Positions 28,378 to 38,482 of a DNA stretch of 64,000 nucleotides are shown here, piece by piece; positions within the stretch are counted from its first letter, which is position 1, and every line of letters begins with the position of its first letter. The notes beneath the pieces are model-generated. The model ran no database searches. It worked only from the letters and a program-made list of their open reading frames with translations, and had not been told where the DNA came from. The position numbers and the translations under genes are program-made. Source of the stretch: Candidatus Uhrbacteria bacterium CG_4_9_14_3_um_filter_50_9 (GTDB lineage Bacteria; Patescibacteriota; Patescibacteriia; UBA9934; GWF2-40-263); NCBI GenBank assembly GCA_002791295.1, contig PFWU01000049.1, forward strand, positions 47,350-111,349, in the 5' to 3' direction.

Positions 28378-29255
28378 AGCATGCCTCTCAGTTTTGCGAT
28401 ACGTTCTTCGATGGGTGGGTGGGTTGAGAACCAACCTTCAAATTTTTTGGCAACATGCGGATCAAAGGGGTTCGCAAGAAACATGTGTGCAGTTGCGTGA
28501 TTTGCTTTTTTCATTGGCGCATCATGCTTGGCAATTTTTTCAAGCGCAGAGGCAAGGCCTTCTGGATACCGTGTCAGTAGTGATGCAGAGGCATCCGCGA
28601 GATACTCACGTGAACGGGAGACAGCAAGTTTGATGAGTTCTGCAAAGAAGGGGGAAAGAATGGCAAGGATAATTCCCAGAATGAGCAAGGGAAGGGCTCC
28701 TTTGTTGTCGCGGCCCCGGCTGCCATAGAGGAAGGTACGCATGAGTACATCGGAAAGGAGGAGTACGACACCGACAAGGACGACCACGATGGTCATCACG
28801 CGAATATCGTAGTTTTTTACATGGGACATTTCGTGTGCGAGCACTCCTTCAAGTTCCTGATCTGTCATGATGTTCATGAGACCGGTGGTGACCGCAATGG
28901 CTGCGTGTTCAGGATCTCGACCTGCGGCAAAGGCGTTGGCTGATGCGTCCTGGATGACATACACCTTTGGTGTTGGCACGCCCGCCGTGATCGCAAGGTT
29001 CTCGACCATGCGATACAGCCTTGGGTTGTCAGCTTTTTGAATCTCCTTTGCCCCCGCAGTTGCTAGTGCGACTTTGTCGCCTTTGAAATACGCAACAAGG
29101 TTCATGATGGTCGCGATCATGACAGCGAGAATGATGCCGGCATTGCCTGAGCCGCCGTATTCTCCAAGGACCCAACCGAGTAAGCAGATCACGATCGTAA
29201 AGATTGCGATCAAAAACCAGGTCTTGCGTTTATTTGCGTCGATTTGTGTGTACAT
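28374..29255 (-). CDS. htpX: Zinc metalloprotease HtpX (M48)
   Basis: NAFAAG, HEMSH, SRSREYLAD, STHPP. Confidence 0.95.
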   Translation of the reverse strand: MYTQIDANKRKTWFLIAIFTIVICLLGWVLGEYGGSGNAGIILAVMIATIMNLVAYFKGDKVALATAGAKEIQKADNPRLYRMVENLAITAGVPTPKVYVIQDASANAFAAGRDPEHAAIAVTTGLMNIMTDQELEGVLAHEMSHVKNYDIRVMTIVVVLVGVVLLLSDVLMRTFLYGSRGRDNKGALPLLILGIILAILSPFFAELIKLAVSRSREYLADASASLLTRYPEGLASALEKIAKHDAPMKKANHATAHMFLANPFDPHVAKKFEGWFSTHPPIEERIAKLRGML

Positions 29256-29257
29256 GT

Positions 29258-29809
29258 TTAGAAGCTCACCTGAGGTGCTTCATTCACTTCGTCTGGGGCG
29301 TCAAAGAAGTCTCGGTCTTTGAATCCAAACATGCCAGCGATCAAGTTGGTTGGGAAAACTTGAAGCTTGGTGTTGAAGTCACGGACGTTTCCGTTATAAA
29401 AGCGGCGTGAAGCTTGAATCTTGTCTTCTGCGTCTGTGAGCTCGTGCTGCAGGTGAAGAAAGTTTTCTGATGCACGGAGCTGTGGGTAGTTTTCAGAAAC
29501 AGCAAAAAGAGATTTCAATGCTCCTGTCAGCATGTTCTCTGATGCGGCGTGTTCTTCCATTGAGGTTGCCCCCATGGCAGCTGTTCGCGCTTCTGTTACT
29601 TTTGTGAAGACTCCTTCCTCGTGCTTCGCATACCCCTTCACGGAATTCACAAGGTTTGGGATGAGGTCATAGCGACGCTTCATCTGCACTTCGATATCAG
29701 ACCAAGCTTCGTCTGTGCGGTTACGAGATTGGATAAGGCCGTTGTATGTTAGAATAAGCCACACAGCCGCAACGCCGAGGACGATCACGAGTATCCAAAT
29801 GAGTTCCAT
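29258..29809 (-). CDS. lemA: LemA family protein
   Basis: KRRYDLIPNLV, ENYPQLRA, RRFYN, FPTN. Confidence 0.95.
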   Translation of the reverse strand: MELIWILVIVLGVAAVWLILTYNGLIQSRNRTDEAWSDIEVQMKRRYDLIPNLVNSVKGYAKHEEGVFTKVTEARTAAMGATSMEEHAASENMLTGALKSLFAVSENYPQLRASENFLHLQHELTDAEDKIQASRRFYNGNVRDFNTKLQVFPTNLIAGMFGFKDRDFFDAPDEVNEAPQVSF

Positions 29810-29875
29810 ACTTGTCGAAAATTAAGGCTAATTTACACACGAATTTTACGAAATTTAGGGCATTACGTCAAAGAT

Positions 29876-31249
29876 ATGGATTTTCCAAGAAAGATCTTTA
29901 AAGCCTATGATATCCGCGGGCTTGTGGAGGAGGAAATAACCAACGAATTAGCGGAAAAAATAGGTCAGGCCTATGCCACTCTTCGTCAGGGTGAGGTTGG
30001 GGCAGACAAGAGACATACGGTGGCTGTTGGGCGTGACATGCGTGACAGCTCACCAATTTACCAACAGCATCTCATGAACGGATTAATGCGCATGGGGGTG
30101 GACGTGGTTGATATTGGCCTTGTTTCCACACCAGCATTTTATTTTGGAGTCGGTCATCTGGGAGCAGATGGGGGAATCATGGTTTCCGCCTCTCACAACC
30201 CAGCTGAATACAACGGATTCAAACTCACACGCGAACAGGCCATTCCTGTAAGTGGTGACACGGGGATTGAAACGATCGCCGACCTTATTGAACAGAATAC
30301 GTTTGTCGATGCACCTCAGAAGGGACGTGTGCGGGTCGCAGAAGGGATTCCTCAAGCAGCGGCTCAGGCGGAGCGTTTGTTTGCAGGGGGTGATCCTGTG
30401 AAAACGTTTAAGATTGTTGCAGATACAGGAAACGGAATGGGAGCACAGTTTTTGGATGAACTGTTTGGTTTTTTGGATACGGATGTCACACGGATGTATT
30501 GGGAACTCGATGGTACGTTTCCGAATCACGAGTCTAATCCATTCAAGCCAGAGAATATCGTTGATCTTCAAAAGACGGTTGTTGAACTTGGAGCGGATGT
30601 TGGGATTGCGACGGATGGGGATGGGGATCGCATTTTTTTTGTTGACGATAAAGGGCAGCTTGTGACTCCAGCTGTGCTGCGTGGACTCCTCGCACAGATC
30701 GCATTGCGTGATCATCCGGGTGCCACGATTTGTTACGACATTCGTCCGGGAAAGATTACTGAGGATATGATTGTCGAGGCAGGAGGGAAACCATCTGTCA
30801 CACGCGTGGGTCACTCACTCATTAAAGAGCAGATGCGAAAAGAAGGTGCTGTGTTTGGGGGGGAGTCTTCTGGTCACTTCTTTTATGCGTTTGAAACAGG
30901 TGTGTACGAGGGGCCTGTGACGGTGGCTATGCAGATGCTCCAAGAGATGACACGACAAGGGAAACCTCTTTCAGAAATCGTTGAGCCGCTCGAGCGTTAT
31001 GTGCACTCTGGTGAAATCAACTTTACGGTGGAAGACAAGGAAGGGATGATGAACAAAATTAAACAGCATTTTAGAGAGGGGACGCTCAGTGAGCTCGATG
31101 GCATCACCCTGACGTATCAGGACTTCTGGTTCAATGTGCGTCCATCAAACACAGAATCCACCCTCCGCCTAAATCTCGAAGCCGTTGATCGAGCAACCAT
31201 GGAAGCCAAGCGAGATGAGGTGATTGCGCTCATTAAGGCTGGGGTTTAG
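29876..31249 (+). CDS. Phosphomannomutase/phosphoglucomutase
   Basis: FKAYDIRG, SASHNP, DGDGDR, GESSGH, RPSNTE. Confidence 0.95.
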   Translation: MDFPRKIFKAYDIRGLVEEEITNELAEKIGQAYATLRQGEVGADKRHTVAVGRDMRDSSPIYQQHLMNGLMRMGVDVVDIGLVSTPAFYFGVGHLGADGGIMVSASHNPAEYNGFKLTREQAIPVSGDTGIETIADLIEQNTFVDAPQKGRVRVAEGIPQAAAQAERLFAGGDPVKTFKIVADTGNGMGAQFLDELFGFLDTDVTRMYWELDGTFPNHESNPFKPENIVDLQKTVVELGADVGIATDGDGDRIFFVDDKGQLVTPAVLRGLLAQIALRDHPGATICYDIRPGKITEDMIVEAGGKPSVTRVGHSLIKEQMRKEGAVFGGESSGHFFYAFETGVYEGPVTVAMQMLQEMTRQGKPLSEIVEPLERYVHSGEINFTVEDKEGMMNKIKQHFREGTLSELDGITLTYQDFWFNVRPSNTESTLRLNLEAVDRATMEAKRDEVIALIKAGV

Positions 31250-31305
31250 GGGCAGAACCAACGCAAAACAAAAAACCGCTCTGTGGGACAGACCCCGGTG
31301 GCGGG

Positions 31306-31584
31306 TTAGTCAAATAGATTAGAATGTGAGCCTGTGGCGATCAGTTGAAGAATAAGAATATCATTATCGATTCTATAAATCAGGAGCCAGTCTGGCTCAA
31401 CATGACATTCTCGAAACATATTTAATGACCCTTTCAACTGATGGTCACGATGTGACACGTCAAGCTCTTTTTTGGCAGCGAGTCTATCGACAACAGATAA
31501 CAATTTTTTGAATAAAACCTCATCCGATCGCCTTAATTTTTTCAACTGACGTTTACATCGCTTTGTTGGAACAATTCGATACAT
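31306..31584 (-). CDS. yafQ: YafQ family mRNA interferase toxin
   Basis: DHQLKG, RECHVEPDWLLIY, TGSHSNLF. Confidence 0.92.
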   Translation of the reverse strand: MYRIVPTKRCKRQLKKLRRSDEVLFKKLLSVVDRLAAKKELDVSHRDHQLKGSLNMFRECHVEPDWLLIYRIDNDILILQLIATGSHSNLFD

Positions 31585-31586
31585 AT

Positions 31587-31868
31587 CTAGATGGTCAAAT
31601 CCTTGAGCAGTTCCTTTGTTGATGTGTATCCTTTGAGTTTTCCTGTTTTATACGCCTCAAGTGCCTGATTCGACTCGTCAATGAGCGCTTGTTCCTGTAG
31701 AGGGGTCATGTCGTTTTCCGTTGTGAGCGGAAACGGAATACCTTTGCGTAATGAAATCTGACGCAAATAAAGCTTTACCGCCATGCTCATATCCATCCCT
31801 AATTGATCAAGGACCTTTTTGGCGTCGTTCTTTGTTTTGTCATCAATACGAATTTGAATATGACCCAT
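31587..31868 (-). CDS. dinJ: RelB/DinJ family antitoxin
   Basis: IQIRIDDKTK...LGMDMSMAVKLYLRQI...GIPF; directly upstream of yafQ. Confidence 0.9.
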   Translation of the reverse strand: MGHIQIRIDDKTKNDAKKVLDQLGMDMSMAVKLYLRQISLRKGIPFPLTTENDMTPLQEQALIDESNQALEAYKTGKLKGYTSTKELLKDLTI

Positions 31869-31876
31869 ATGCTTAT

Positions 31877-31906
31877 AGGATATCTGATCTGTCATGACAA
31901 TGTCAA
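31877..31906 (-). promoter_or_regulatory. dinJ-yafQ promoter with palindromic operator
   Basis: Minus strand TTGACA-N18-TATCCT with the palindrome TGTCATGACA (31890-31899) in the spacer. Confidence 0.6.
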
Positions 31907-32064
31907 TACATCCACAACACATCTATTGAAAAAATTCAATCTTTGTGCCTAAATAGGCCCTTCTCTCACAACCCCTGCTGGGACGCAGCGGTGCGGGTGC
32001 CCATGGTGGGTACACCAAACTTAAGCGACTGGATCAGGGAGTTCGCGGAGAAGAGGAGAGAGTC

Positions 32065-33219
32065 ATGAGTCGAGTGGAAGCAGAGGACATCTACGCCCTC
32101 ATGGAAGCACTGCGTGCGCGCAGGGGCTACATCAGTGCCGAGGACCTCCGTGCGCTCATCGAACGCCGCGGCGGCCCGATCATCCCGGAGCTTCAAGGCC
32201 ACACGGTGGTCGAGATGAAACGGTTGCCCAAGGGGACGAACACGACAGGAGACGGTCGACCCTACACCAACAACCGTGCGATCAGTCAGCTTCAGGTTGA
32301 CCCCGCAGGACATCCGGCGTGGGTCAACAAAGAGTCGGGCAAAACAGTCGTGCGCCACGACAAGTGTGTGCACGCAAGCCCGAATCCTGACGGCTGGAGC
32401 GGGCTCAATGTGGAACTCATCGACTTCCTCCCGAATCCTGATGGATCGTGGACGCCCCGTTGGAGCCGGGGTCCAATGAGAACGATTCATGGTGAGCGGC
32501 TGGAGATCTACCATGGTGGCCGACAGCAGCCCGAACGCGACGGACTCATTGACTTCTACCCGCAGCCGGACGGCAGGATCGTGCGTGTGTACAAGATGCC
32601 CAAGGACAGTGGCATCGGATACCGCATCATGCTCGACGCAGATGTCCTGCACGACAGTCACCCCGCTGCTTCCGAGTGCAGAAACATCGTCCAGGCTCCC
32701 GACGGAACTTGGTACGCCCTGCACGGCACCTACGTGAGGAACGGTTTCATCGCTCGTCCACTTGTGGAGGACAGTGACAGGGTCACCGACATCGCCGCGG
32801 TCGATCTCGCCCTACACAGCGGCACCCTCTACCTCATCGCAGACCACACGAAGGTGCCTGACAACACCACTCAGCCCGAGTTCCGCGCTGCCGTGCACAA
32901 ACGACTGGGTACGGGTGTCACCGTCATCTCTCTTACCAAGATTCCCTACAAGCGCTGGTTCACGCCCGATGTTGCGCAGGGTGGCTACGAGGAGGAGCCG
33001 ACTTACCTAGGCGAGACCTACGTCGGCCAGGTCGGTGACGGAAACGCACGGTTCGAAACCTGGATCGCCCAGAACTTCTACCCCGACACCCCGCCGCTCC
33101 TCGTCGGCCCCAACTGGGACCACGTGAGCCAGACCTTTCAGGATCCCGAGTACGGCCTGTGCTACTGGGCCGTGGCCGGAATGCACCTCTACAAGGTGGC
33201 CTTCAGCCCCTACGGCTAG
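32065..33219 (+). CDS. Hypothetical protein (GC-rich orphan, beta-rich or propeller-like)
   Basis: 384 aa, GAGGAG SD, repeated LIDFxPxPDG motif, terminator at 33226-33258. Confidence 0.75.
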   Translation: MSRVEAEDIYALMEALRARRGYISAEDLRALIERRGGPIIPELQGHTVVEMKRLPKGTNTTGDGRPYTNNRAISQLQVDPAGHPAWVNKESGKTVVRHDKCVHASPNPDGWSGLNVELIDFLPNPDGSWTPRWSRGPMRTIHGERLEIYHGGRQQPERDGLIDFYPQPDGRIVRVYKMPKDSGIGYRIMLDADVLHDSHPAASECRNIVQAPDGTWYALHGTYVRNGFIARPLVEDSDRVTDIAAVDLALHSGTLYLIADHTKVPDNTTQPEFRAAVHKRLGTGVTVISLTKIPYKRWFTPDVAQGGYEEEPTYLGETYVGQVGDGNARFETWIAQNFYPDTPPLLVGPNWDHVSQTFQDPEYGLCYWAVAGMHLYKVAFSPYG

Positions 33220-33301
33220 TCCAACGTCCGATCTCCCCGAGAGGTCGGATTTCTTTTTAATGGATTCTCCATTGACAAAACAAGCCAAACTTGATAAAGA
33301 A

Positions 33302-33404
33302 GGGGCATCTTGTGTGTGGAATATGGTGTGAATCCGTAACTGTCTCTCTGCAACTGTGAGGTTACCCAACCCAACCGAGTCAGATCTTCACTCAAGTGCA
33401 CCCC
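33302..33404 (+). ncRNA. Candidate small structured RNA
   Basis: Lies between TTGACA (33272) and a strong terminator (33405-33433); its ends pair; no credible ORF. Confidence 0.4.
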
Positions 33405-33433
33405 AAGTACTGCCTCAGAGAGGGCAGTATTTT
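33405..33433 (+). terminator. Intrinsic terminator
   Basis: AAGTACTGCC...GGCAGTATTT followed by a T run. Confidence 0.7.
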
Positions 33434-33494
33434 TATTTCGTTATTCAATGTTTGTTTGATCAACTGCACGTAAACAGGTATCCTTTACTAACTT

Positions 33495-34610
33495 ATGGGA
33501 ACAATACTACTTTTCATCATCGTTCTTTCTTTGCTCGTTTTCGTCCATGAATTGGGGCATTTTTTAATGGCCAAAAAGATGGGGATGCGCGTTGATGAGT
33601 TCGGATTCGGTTTTCCTCCTCGTTTGTTTGCGATTCGAAGGGGCGGAACGGATTATTCGATCAACTGGATCCCGCTCGGGGGTTTTGTAAAAATCAAAGG
33701 GGAGTCTGGTGCGCACAAGTTTGAGACAGACAGTTTTTCTTCTAAAAAAGCGTGGCAGCGGTTCCTTGTTTTGATTGCGGGTGTCGCCATGAATATTTTC
33801 TTGGCCGCTATTCTTTTTTCAATCGGGTTCATGGTTGGTTTGCCAAGCCAAATCGATGACACCCTCCCAGCCGGCGCACGTGTGGTCGATCAGGAAGTGC
33901 TCATCATGCAAGTCTTAGAGTCTTCTCCAGCAAGTGGGGCGGGGATCCTTCCAGGCGATGTTCTTGTTTCTGTTGATGGACGTTTTTTTGAGACGGATGC
34001 AGAAGCCCGTGCGTATATTCAGGAGCGTGGAGAAGAACCTCTTTCCGTTATTGTTGAAGGGGAGGATGGAACAGATCGAACGTATGTGCTTTCGGCAACG
34101 TACCTAGAAGAGGTGGATGCCACAGCATTGGGGATCGGATTTATTACCACAGGGACCGTCTCTTATCCGTTTTTTACCGCCTTGGTGCAAGGGGTCGGTA
34201 CGACGTTTTCTCTAACCTGGGAAGTCCTGAAGGCTTTTGTGGATTTGATTCGCAATTTGGTTTCAGGTCAGGGAGTCGGTGTGGAGCTCTCTGGTCCAGT
34301 TGGGATTGCAGTGATGACTGGGGAGGTTGCGGCACTTGGTCTTATCTATCTTCTTCAGTTCACGGCGATTCTTTCGATTAACCTTGCGATCATCAACGTT
34401 CTTCCATTTCCAGCACTCGATGGAGGTCGCATTCTCTTCTTAATCATCGAGAAACTACGCAGTAAGCCGGTTGACGAGCGTGTGGAGGCCGTGGTGCACA
34501 ACTTAGGATTTTTGTTTCTCATGGTTCTTGTTGTTCTCGTAACGTATCGTGATGTTGTGACATTCGGGGATGAAATCATTGGAGCGATTAAAGGAATGGT
34601 AGGGGTTTAA
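33495..34610 (+). CDS. rseP: RIP metalloprotease RseP
   Basis: HELGH, PDZ domain, NVLPFPALDGG. Confidence 0.95.
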   Translation: MGTILLFIIVLSLLVFVHELGHFLMAKKMGMRVDEFGFGFPPRLFAIRRGGTDYSINWIPLGGFVKIKGESGAHKFETDSFSSKKAWQRFLVLIAGVAMNIFLAAILFSIGFMVGLPSQIDDTLPAGARVVDQEVLIMQVLESSPASGAGILPGDVLVSVDGRFFETDAEARAYIQERGEEPLSVIVEGEDGTDRTYVLSATYLEEVDATALGIGFITTGTVSYPFFTALVQGVGTTFSLTWEVLKAFVDLIRNLVSGQGVGVELSGPVGIAVMTGEVAALGLIYLLQFTAILSINLAIINVLPFPALDGGRILFLIIEKLRSKPVDERVEAVVHNLGFLFLMVLVVLVTYRDVVTFGDEIIGAIKGMVGV

Positions 34611-34611
34611 T

Positions 34612-35667
34612 ATGAAAGAGCAGTTAGAACAAATTAGAAGAGATTTTTTAACGCTGGTTAAGGAGGTGCGAGATCGCACACAGCTTGAAGAGTTGAAGAA
34701 TGAATTCTTAGGTCGAAAAGGACGTCTGAAGGGAGCCATGAAAGAAATGGCTTCTTTGGCTGAGGAAGAGCGAAAGTTAATCGGGGCATTTGCGAATGAA
34801 ATAAAAGAAGCGATTGAACACGTGTACGGTGAAGAGGAGAAGAAGATTGAGCGAGAAGAAGAAGCAACACGCGCTGAGCGTGAGTGGATTGATATTACAG
34901 AGCCAGGGTCTTTTCAGAAGACTGGGCATCTCCATCCCGTCAGTCAGACGATCGCTGAGATCACGGATATTTTTGCACGTATCGGATTTACACGTGTACC
35001 TGTTCCCGAAGTGGATTGGGATTACTATGCGTTTGAAGCCCTGAACATGCCAAAAGATCATCCTGCGCGTGATGACTGGGAGACGTTTTTTATTGATGCT
35101 CCGGAGGGGAAGAAGGGGAAGATTGTGGCAATACCTCACATCTCAAATGTGCAGGTACGTGCCATGGAGGAGTTAAAGACCCCGTTCCGCGCACTTTACA
35201 TCGGTCGCGCCTATCGACGACAAAGTGACACATCTCATTTGCCCATTCATCATCAGTTTGAAGTGTTGATGGTTGATAAGGGGGTGACTCTTTGTGATCT
35301 CAAAGGAGTCATTGAACATTTTGTACACTCCTACTTTGGCAAAGATCGCACGGTGCGTTTACGACCACATCATTTTCGCTTTACCGAACCAAGTTTTGAA
35401 ATCGATATTAGCTGCGACGTTTGCAAGGGGTCGGGAGAGAACAACGGAGCCTCATGCCGACTCTGTAAAGAAGGATGGCTTGAGCTTGCCGGGGCTGGAA
35501 TGACACATCCGAATGTGTTGAAGGCTGGTGGAATCGATCCAAATACATACACAGCGCTCGCCTTCGCCTTCGGAATTGAGCGTACACTCATGATGCGCGA
35601 GGGGATTAATCTCGATGATATCCGCTTGCTCTATAAGAATGATCTCCGATTCGTCAATCAGTTTTAG
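34612..35667 (+). CDS. pheS: Phenylalanyl-tRNA synthetase alpha subunit
   Basis: GHLHP, HPARD, FRFTEPS, FAFGIER. Confidence 0.97.
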   Translation: MKEQLEQIRRDFLTLVKEVRDRTQLEELKNEFLGRKGRLKGAMKEMASLAEEERKLIGAFANEIKEAIEHVYGEEEKKIEREEEATRAEREWIDITEPGSFQKTGHLHPVSQTIAEITDIFARIGFTRVPVPEVDWDYYAFEALNMPKDHPARDDWETFFIDAPEGKKGKIVAIPHISNVQVRAMEELKTPFRALYIGRAYRRQSDTSHLPIHHQFEVLMVDKGVTLCDLKGVIEHFVHSYFGKDRTVRLRPHHFRFTEPSFEIDISCDVCKGSGENNGASCRLCKEGWLELAGAGMTHPNVLKAGGIDPNTYTALAFAFGIERTLMMREGINLDDIRLLYKNDLRFVNQF

Positions 35668-35668
35668 T

Positions 35669-38047
35669 ATGCAAATTCTCGCTTCATACAATTGGATTAA
35701 GGAATATCTCGACACAAATCTTTCGCCGGAGGAGTTTGCAACGCTCACAACAGATGTGGGGAATTCAGTGGAGGTGATGGATCGTGTTGCTGACCGTTTC
35801 GATCAGATGGTCGTTGGAGATGTGCTTCAGGTAGAGCCGCATCCACATGCAGATAAGTTACACATTGTTTTGACTGACATTGGCAAGAAGAAGGTGGAAA
35901 TTGTTTGTGGTGGAGCGAATCTTGCAGTTGGTCAGAAGGTTGTCGTAGGTCTTCCAGGCGCCAAGGTGCGTTGGCATGGCGAAGGAGAGTTGGTTGAGCT
36001 CAAAGAAACTGAGATCCGTGGGGTCACGAGCCACGGCATGATTTGTGCCGTAGAAGAGATCGGGTTTGAGAAGCTCAAACAACATGATGGCGATATTTGG
36101 GATATCACTGCGCTGACGAACACAAAAGCTGGGACATCTGTGAGCGAGGCACTTGATCTGGATGATGTTCTTTTTGATATCGAAGTGACCAGCAATCGTC
36201 CTGATTGCAAAAGCATCATCGGCCAAGCACGGGAGGGGGCTGCTGCAACAGAGACGATGTTTACGTGGGTGCCAGGCGTGCCGGAGGGGGTAAGTGGTGA
36301 TGCAGGGTTTTCTGTTGAGGTGAAAGATTCAGATCTTTGTCCACGCTATACGGCTGTTGTGATTGATGGAATTACGGTGGGGCCGTCGCCGTGGTGGCTT
36401 CAGAAGAAGCTTCTCTTGTCTGGATTCAAGCCGATTAACAATCTTGTTGATATCACCAATTTCGTGTTGCACGAATATGGTCAGCCGCTTCACACGTTTG
36501 ATGCCGACAAACTTGAAGGTCAAAAGATTGTGGTGCGCAAAGCAAAAAAAGGAGAGCAGTTCGTCGCACTCGATGAACAAGCATACGAACTTTCGAGTGA
36601 CATGCTCGTCGTCGCTGACGGGGAACGTCCTGTGGCGGTGGCAGGGGTGATGGGGGGTCTTGCAACAGGTACAACAGAATCCACAACAAAAGTCGTGATT
36701 GAGTGTGCCGCATTTGAGCCGGTTTCTGTACGCCGCACAGCACGAACCCTGAATCTTTATTCTGACTCCCAGCTCTTGTTCGAAAAAGGTCTCTCAACCG
36801 AGGCACTTGGGCCGGCCCTTGCTCGTGCCATTGAACTCATCAAGGAATTAGCTGGTGGAGAGGTCGTTTCAAAAATTTTTGATGAACGTCGTGGGGTCTA
36901 CGAACCGCTTCGCTTTCCATATGATGCTGCGGCCGTAAACCGCTTGTTGGGGATTCAGATAGAAGAAAAAGATCAGGTGGCCATCCTTCATCGACTTGGG
37001 TTTGATGTGAAAGGAGGTCAAGCTGTTGTGCCGTACTGGCGAGATCATGATATTGAGGAGAGCGTGGATTTGGTTGAAGAGATTGCACGTGTGTATGGCT
37101 ACAATAATTTTCCGTCACGACTTCCATCAGGAGAGCTCCCACGAGCCACAGAGCACCCTGGCCTTGTTTGGCAGCGTCGTGTGAAGGAGTTTCTCGCGGG
37201 TATTGGATTTTCAGAGGCCTATAGCTACTCATTTGTTTCAAAAGATCAGCTCGAACATTACGGCATCAATGAAGAGACGGCTGTGAAGGTGCGTAATCCT
37301 CTCAGTGTTGAGCATGAGTATCTTCGCACTAGTCTGGTGCCAAGTCTTATGACGACCGTGGAAGAGAATCAGGCGCGTGTGACCAGTGCGGATATTTTTG
37401 AGCTTGCACCGATTTATACAGCAAAGAAACACGACATCCCAGATCAAGAATTTCGTCTTGTGATGGGAACCTATGGAAAGGATGGAGCTGCATTGTTCGT
37501 ACGCTTGAAGGGGGCATTAGAGCAACTCTTTAAGCATGTCGGGATTCGTGACTGGTCCCTTGCGCGTGGGACGGATGGATCTCGTTGGCATCTTGGTCGG
37601 TCCGCACGTATTTTGGTGAATGGACAAGAGGTTGGTGTGATCGGTCAAGTGAGTCGTTCTGTGGAACAGGCATTTGGAGTCGATGTCGCAACCGTTGTGA
37701 TTGATCTTGATTTTGAATCCTTAATTCCTCAGTTGACCAAGGCAAAGGTATTCATACCCGTACCGCAATTTCCAGCCGTGAAGCGTGATCTCGCGTTCTT
37801 AGTTGATGAACGCATCGAGTATGGAATGATTGAGGAAAAGATTCTCGGAGCCAGTCACTTAGTACAATGCGTCGAGCTCTTTGATGTGTATCGCGGGAAG
37901 GGAATTGGTGAACAGCAAAAATCACTTGGTGTACATCTTGACTTCCGTTCAGATGAGAAGACTCTCGAGGCAGAAGAGGTGGACGAGCAGCTATCCACTA
38001 TTCGAAAGATGCTTGAAAAGGAGTTTGATGCTATACTGCGTTCATAA
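35669..38047 (+). CDS. pheT: Phenylalanyl-tRNA synthetase beta subunit
   Basis: HPHADKL OB fold, TSNRPD, DLVEEIARVYGY, FDX-ACB domain; ATG at 35669. Confidence 0.97.
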   Translation: MQILASYNWIKEYLDTNLSPEEFATLTTDVGNSVEVMDRVADRFDQMVVGDVLQVEPHPHADKLHIVLTDIGKKKVEIVCGGANLAVGQKVVVGLPGAKVRWHGEGELVELKETEIRGVTSHGMICAVEEIGFEKLKQHDGDIWDITALTNTKAGTSVSEALDLDDVLFDIEVTSNRPDCKSIIGQAREGAAATETMFTWVPGVPEGVSGDAGFSVEVKDSDLCPRYTAVVIDGITVGPSPWWLQKKLLLSGFKPINNLVDITNFVLHEYGQPLHTFDADKLEGQKIVVRKAKKGEQFVALDEQAYELSSDMLVVADGERPVAVAGVMGGLATGTTESTTKVVIECAAFEPVSVRRTARTLNLYSDSQLLFEKGLSTEALGPALARAIELIKELAGGEVVSKIFDERRGVYEPLRFPYDAAAVNRLLGIQIEEKDQVAILHRLGFDVKGGQAVVPYWRDHDIEESVDLVEEIARVYGYNNFPSRLPSGELPRATEHPGLVWQRRVKEFLAGIGFSEAYSYSFVSKDQLEHYGINEETAVKVRNPLSVEHEYLRTSLVPSLMTTVEENQARVTSADIFELAPIYTAKKHDIPDQEFRLVMGTYGKDGAALFVRLKGALEQLFKHVGIRDWSLARGTDGSRWHLGRSARILVNGQEVGVIGQVSRSVEQAFGVDVATVVIDLDFESLIPQLTKAKVFIPVPQFPAVKRDLAFLVDERIEYGMIEEKILGASHLVQCVELFDVYRGKGIGEQQKSLGVHLDFRSDEKTLEAEEVDEQLSTIRKMLEKEFDAILRS

Positions 38048-38059
38048 TCATAGGAGGAT

Positions 38060-38389
38060 ATGTTCTCACCACTTGAAGTGCTTTACATCGTCTTAGCGTT
38101 CTGTGCACTCTGGTTCACCGCCGGAATCTTTTGGATCATTTGGCAAATCGCCACGGTGATTCGTACGGTTAACATGGCTGTTGGGCAAGTGCAAGAAACG
38201 ATGAGCAAGATGGAGGAAGCGATTACGGGCATTCGATCTAAATTTGACAACACTTCCGCATCGCTTGGAGCGGTGGTGCACACAGCGACAAAGGCCGTCG
38301 AGTACATCATGGAAAAGAAACTGAATAAGGCAGCGAAACGTGCCACAGCAAAGAAGTCGACAAGCAGAAAAAAGAAAATGGATAGCTAA
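38060..38389 (+). CDS. Small membrane protein (DUF948-like)
   Basis: N-terminal TM, coiled coil, basic tail; AGGAGG SD. Confidence 0.7.
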   Translation: MFSPLEVLYIVLAFCALWFTAGIFWIIWQIATVIRTVNMAVGQVQETMSKMEEAITGIRSKFDNTSASLGAVVHTATKAVEYIMEKKLNKAAKRATAKKSTSRKKKMDS

Positions 38390-38414
38390 ATTTAGGCCTC
38401 AAAACAGCTTGTTG

Positions 38415-38442
38415 ACCCGCCATAGCCTCAGCGACGGCGGGT
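38415..38442. repeat. REP-like palindrome
   Basis: ACCCGCC-ATAGCCTCAGCGAC-GGCGGGT; same layout as 11477-11504. Confidence 0.55.
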
Positions 38443-38482
38443 TTTGAAATTGCGTAAAGAGGTGGTAAGCTCGAGGACGAAT

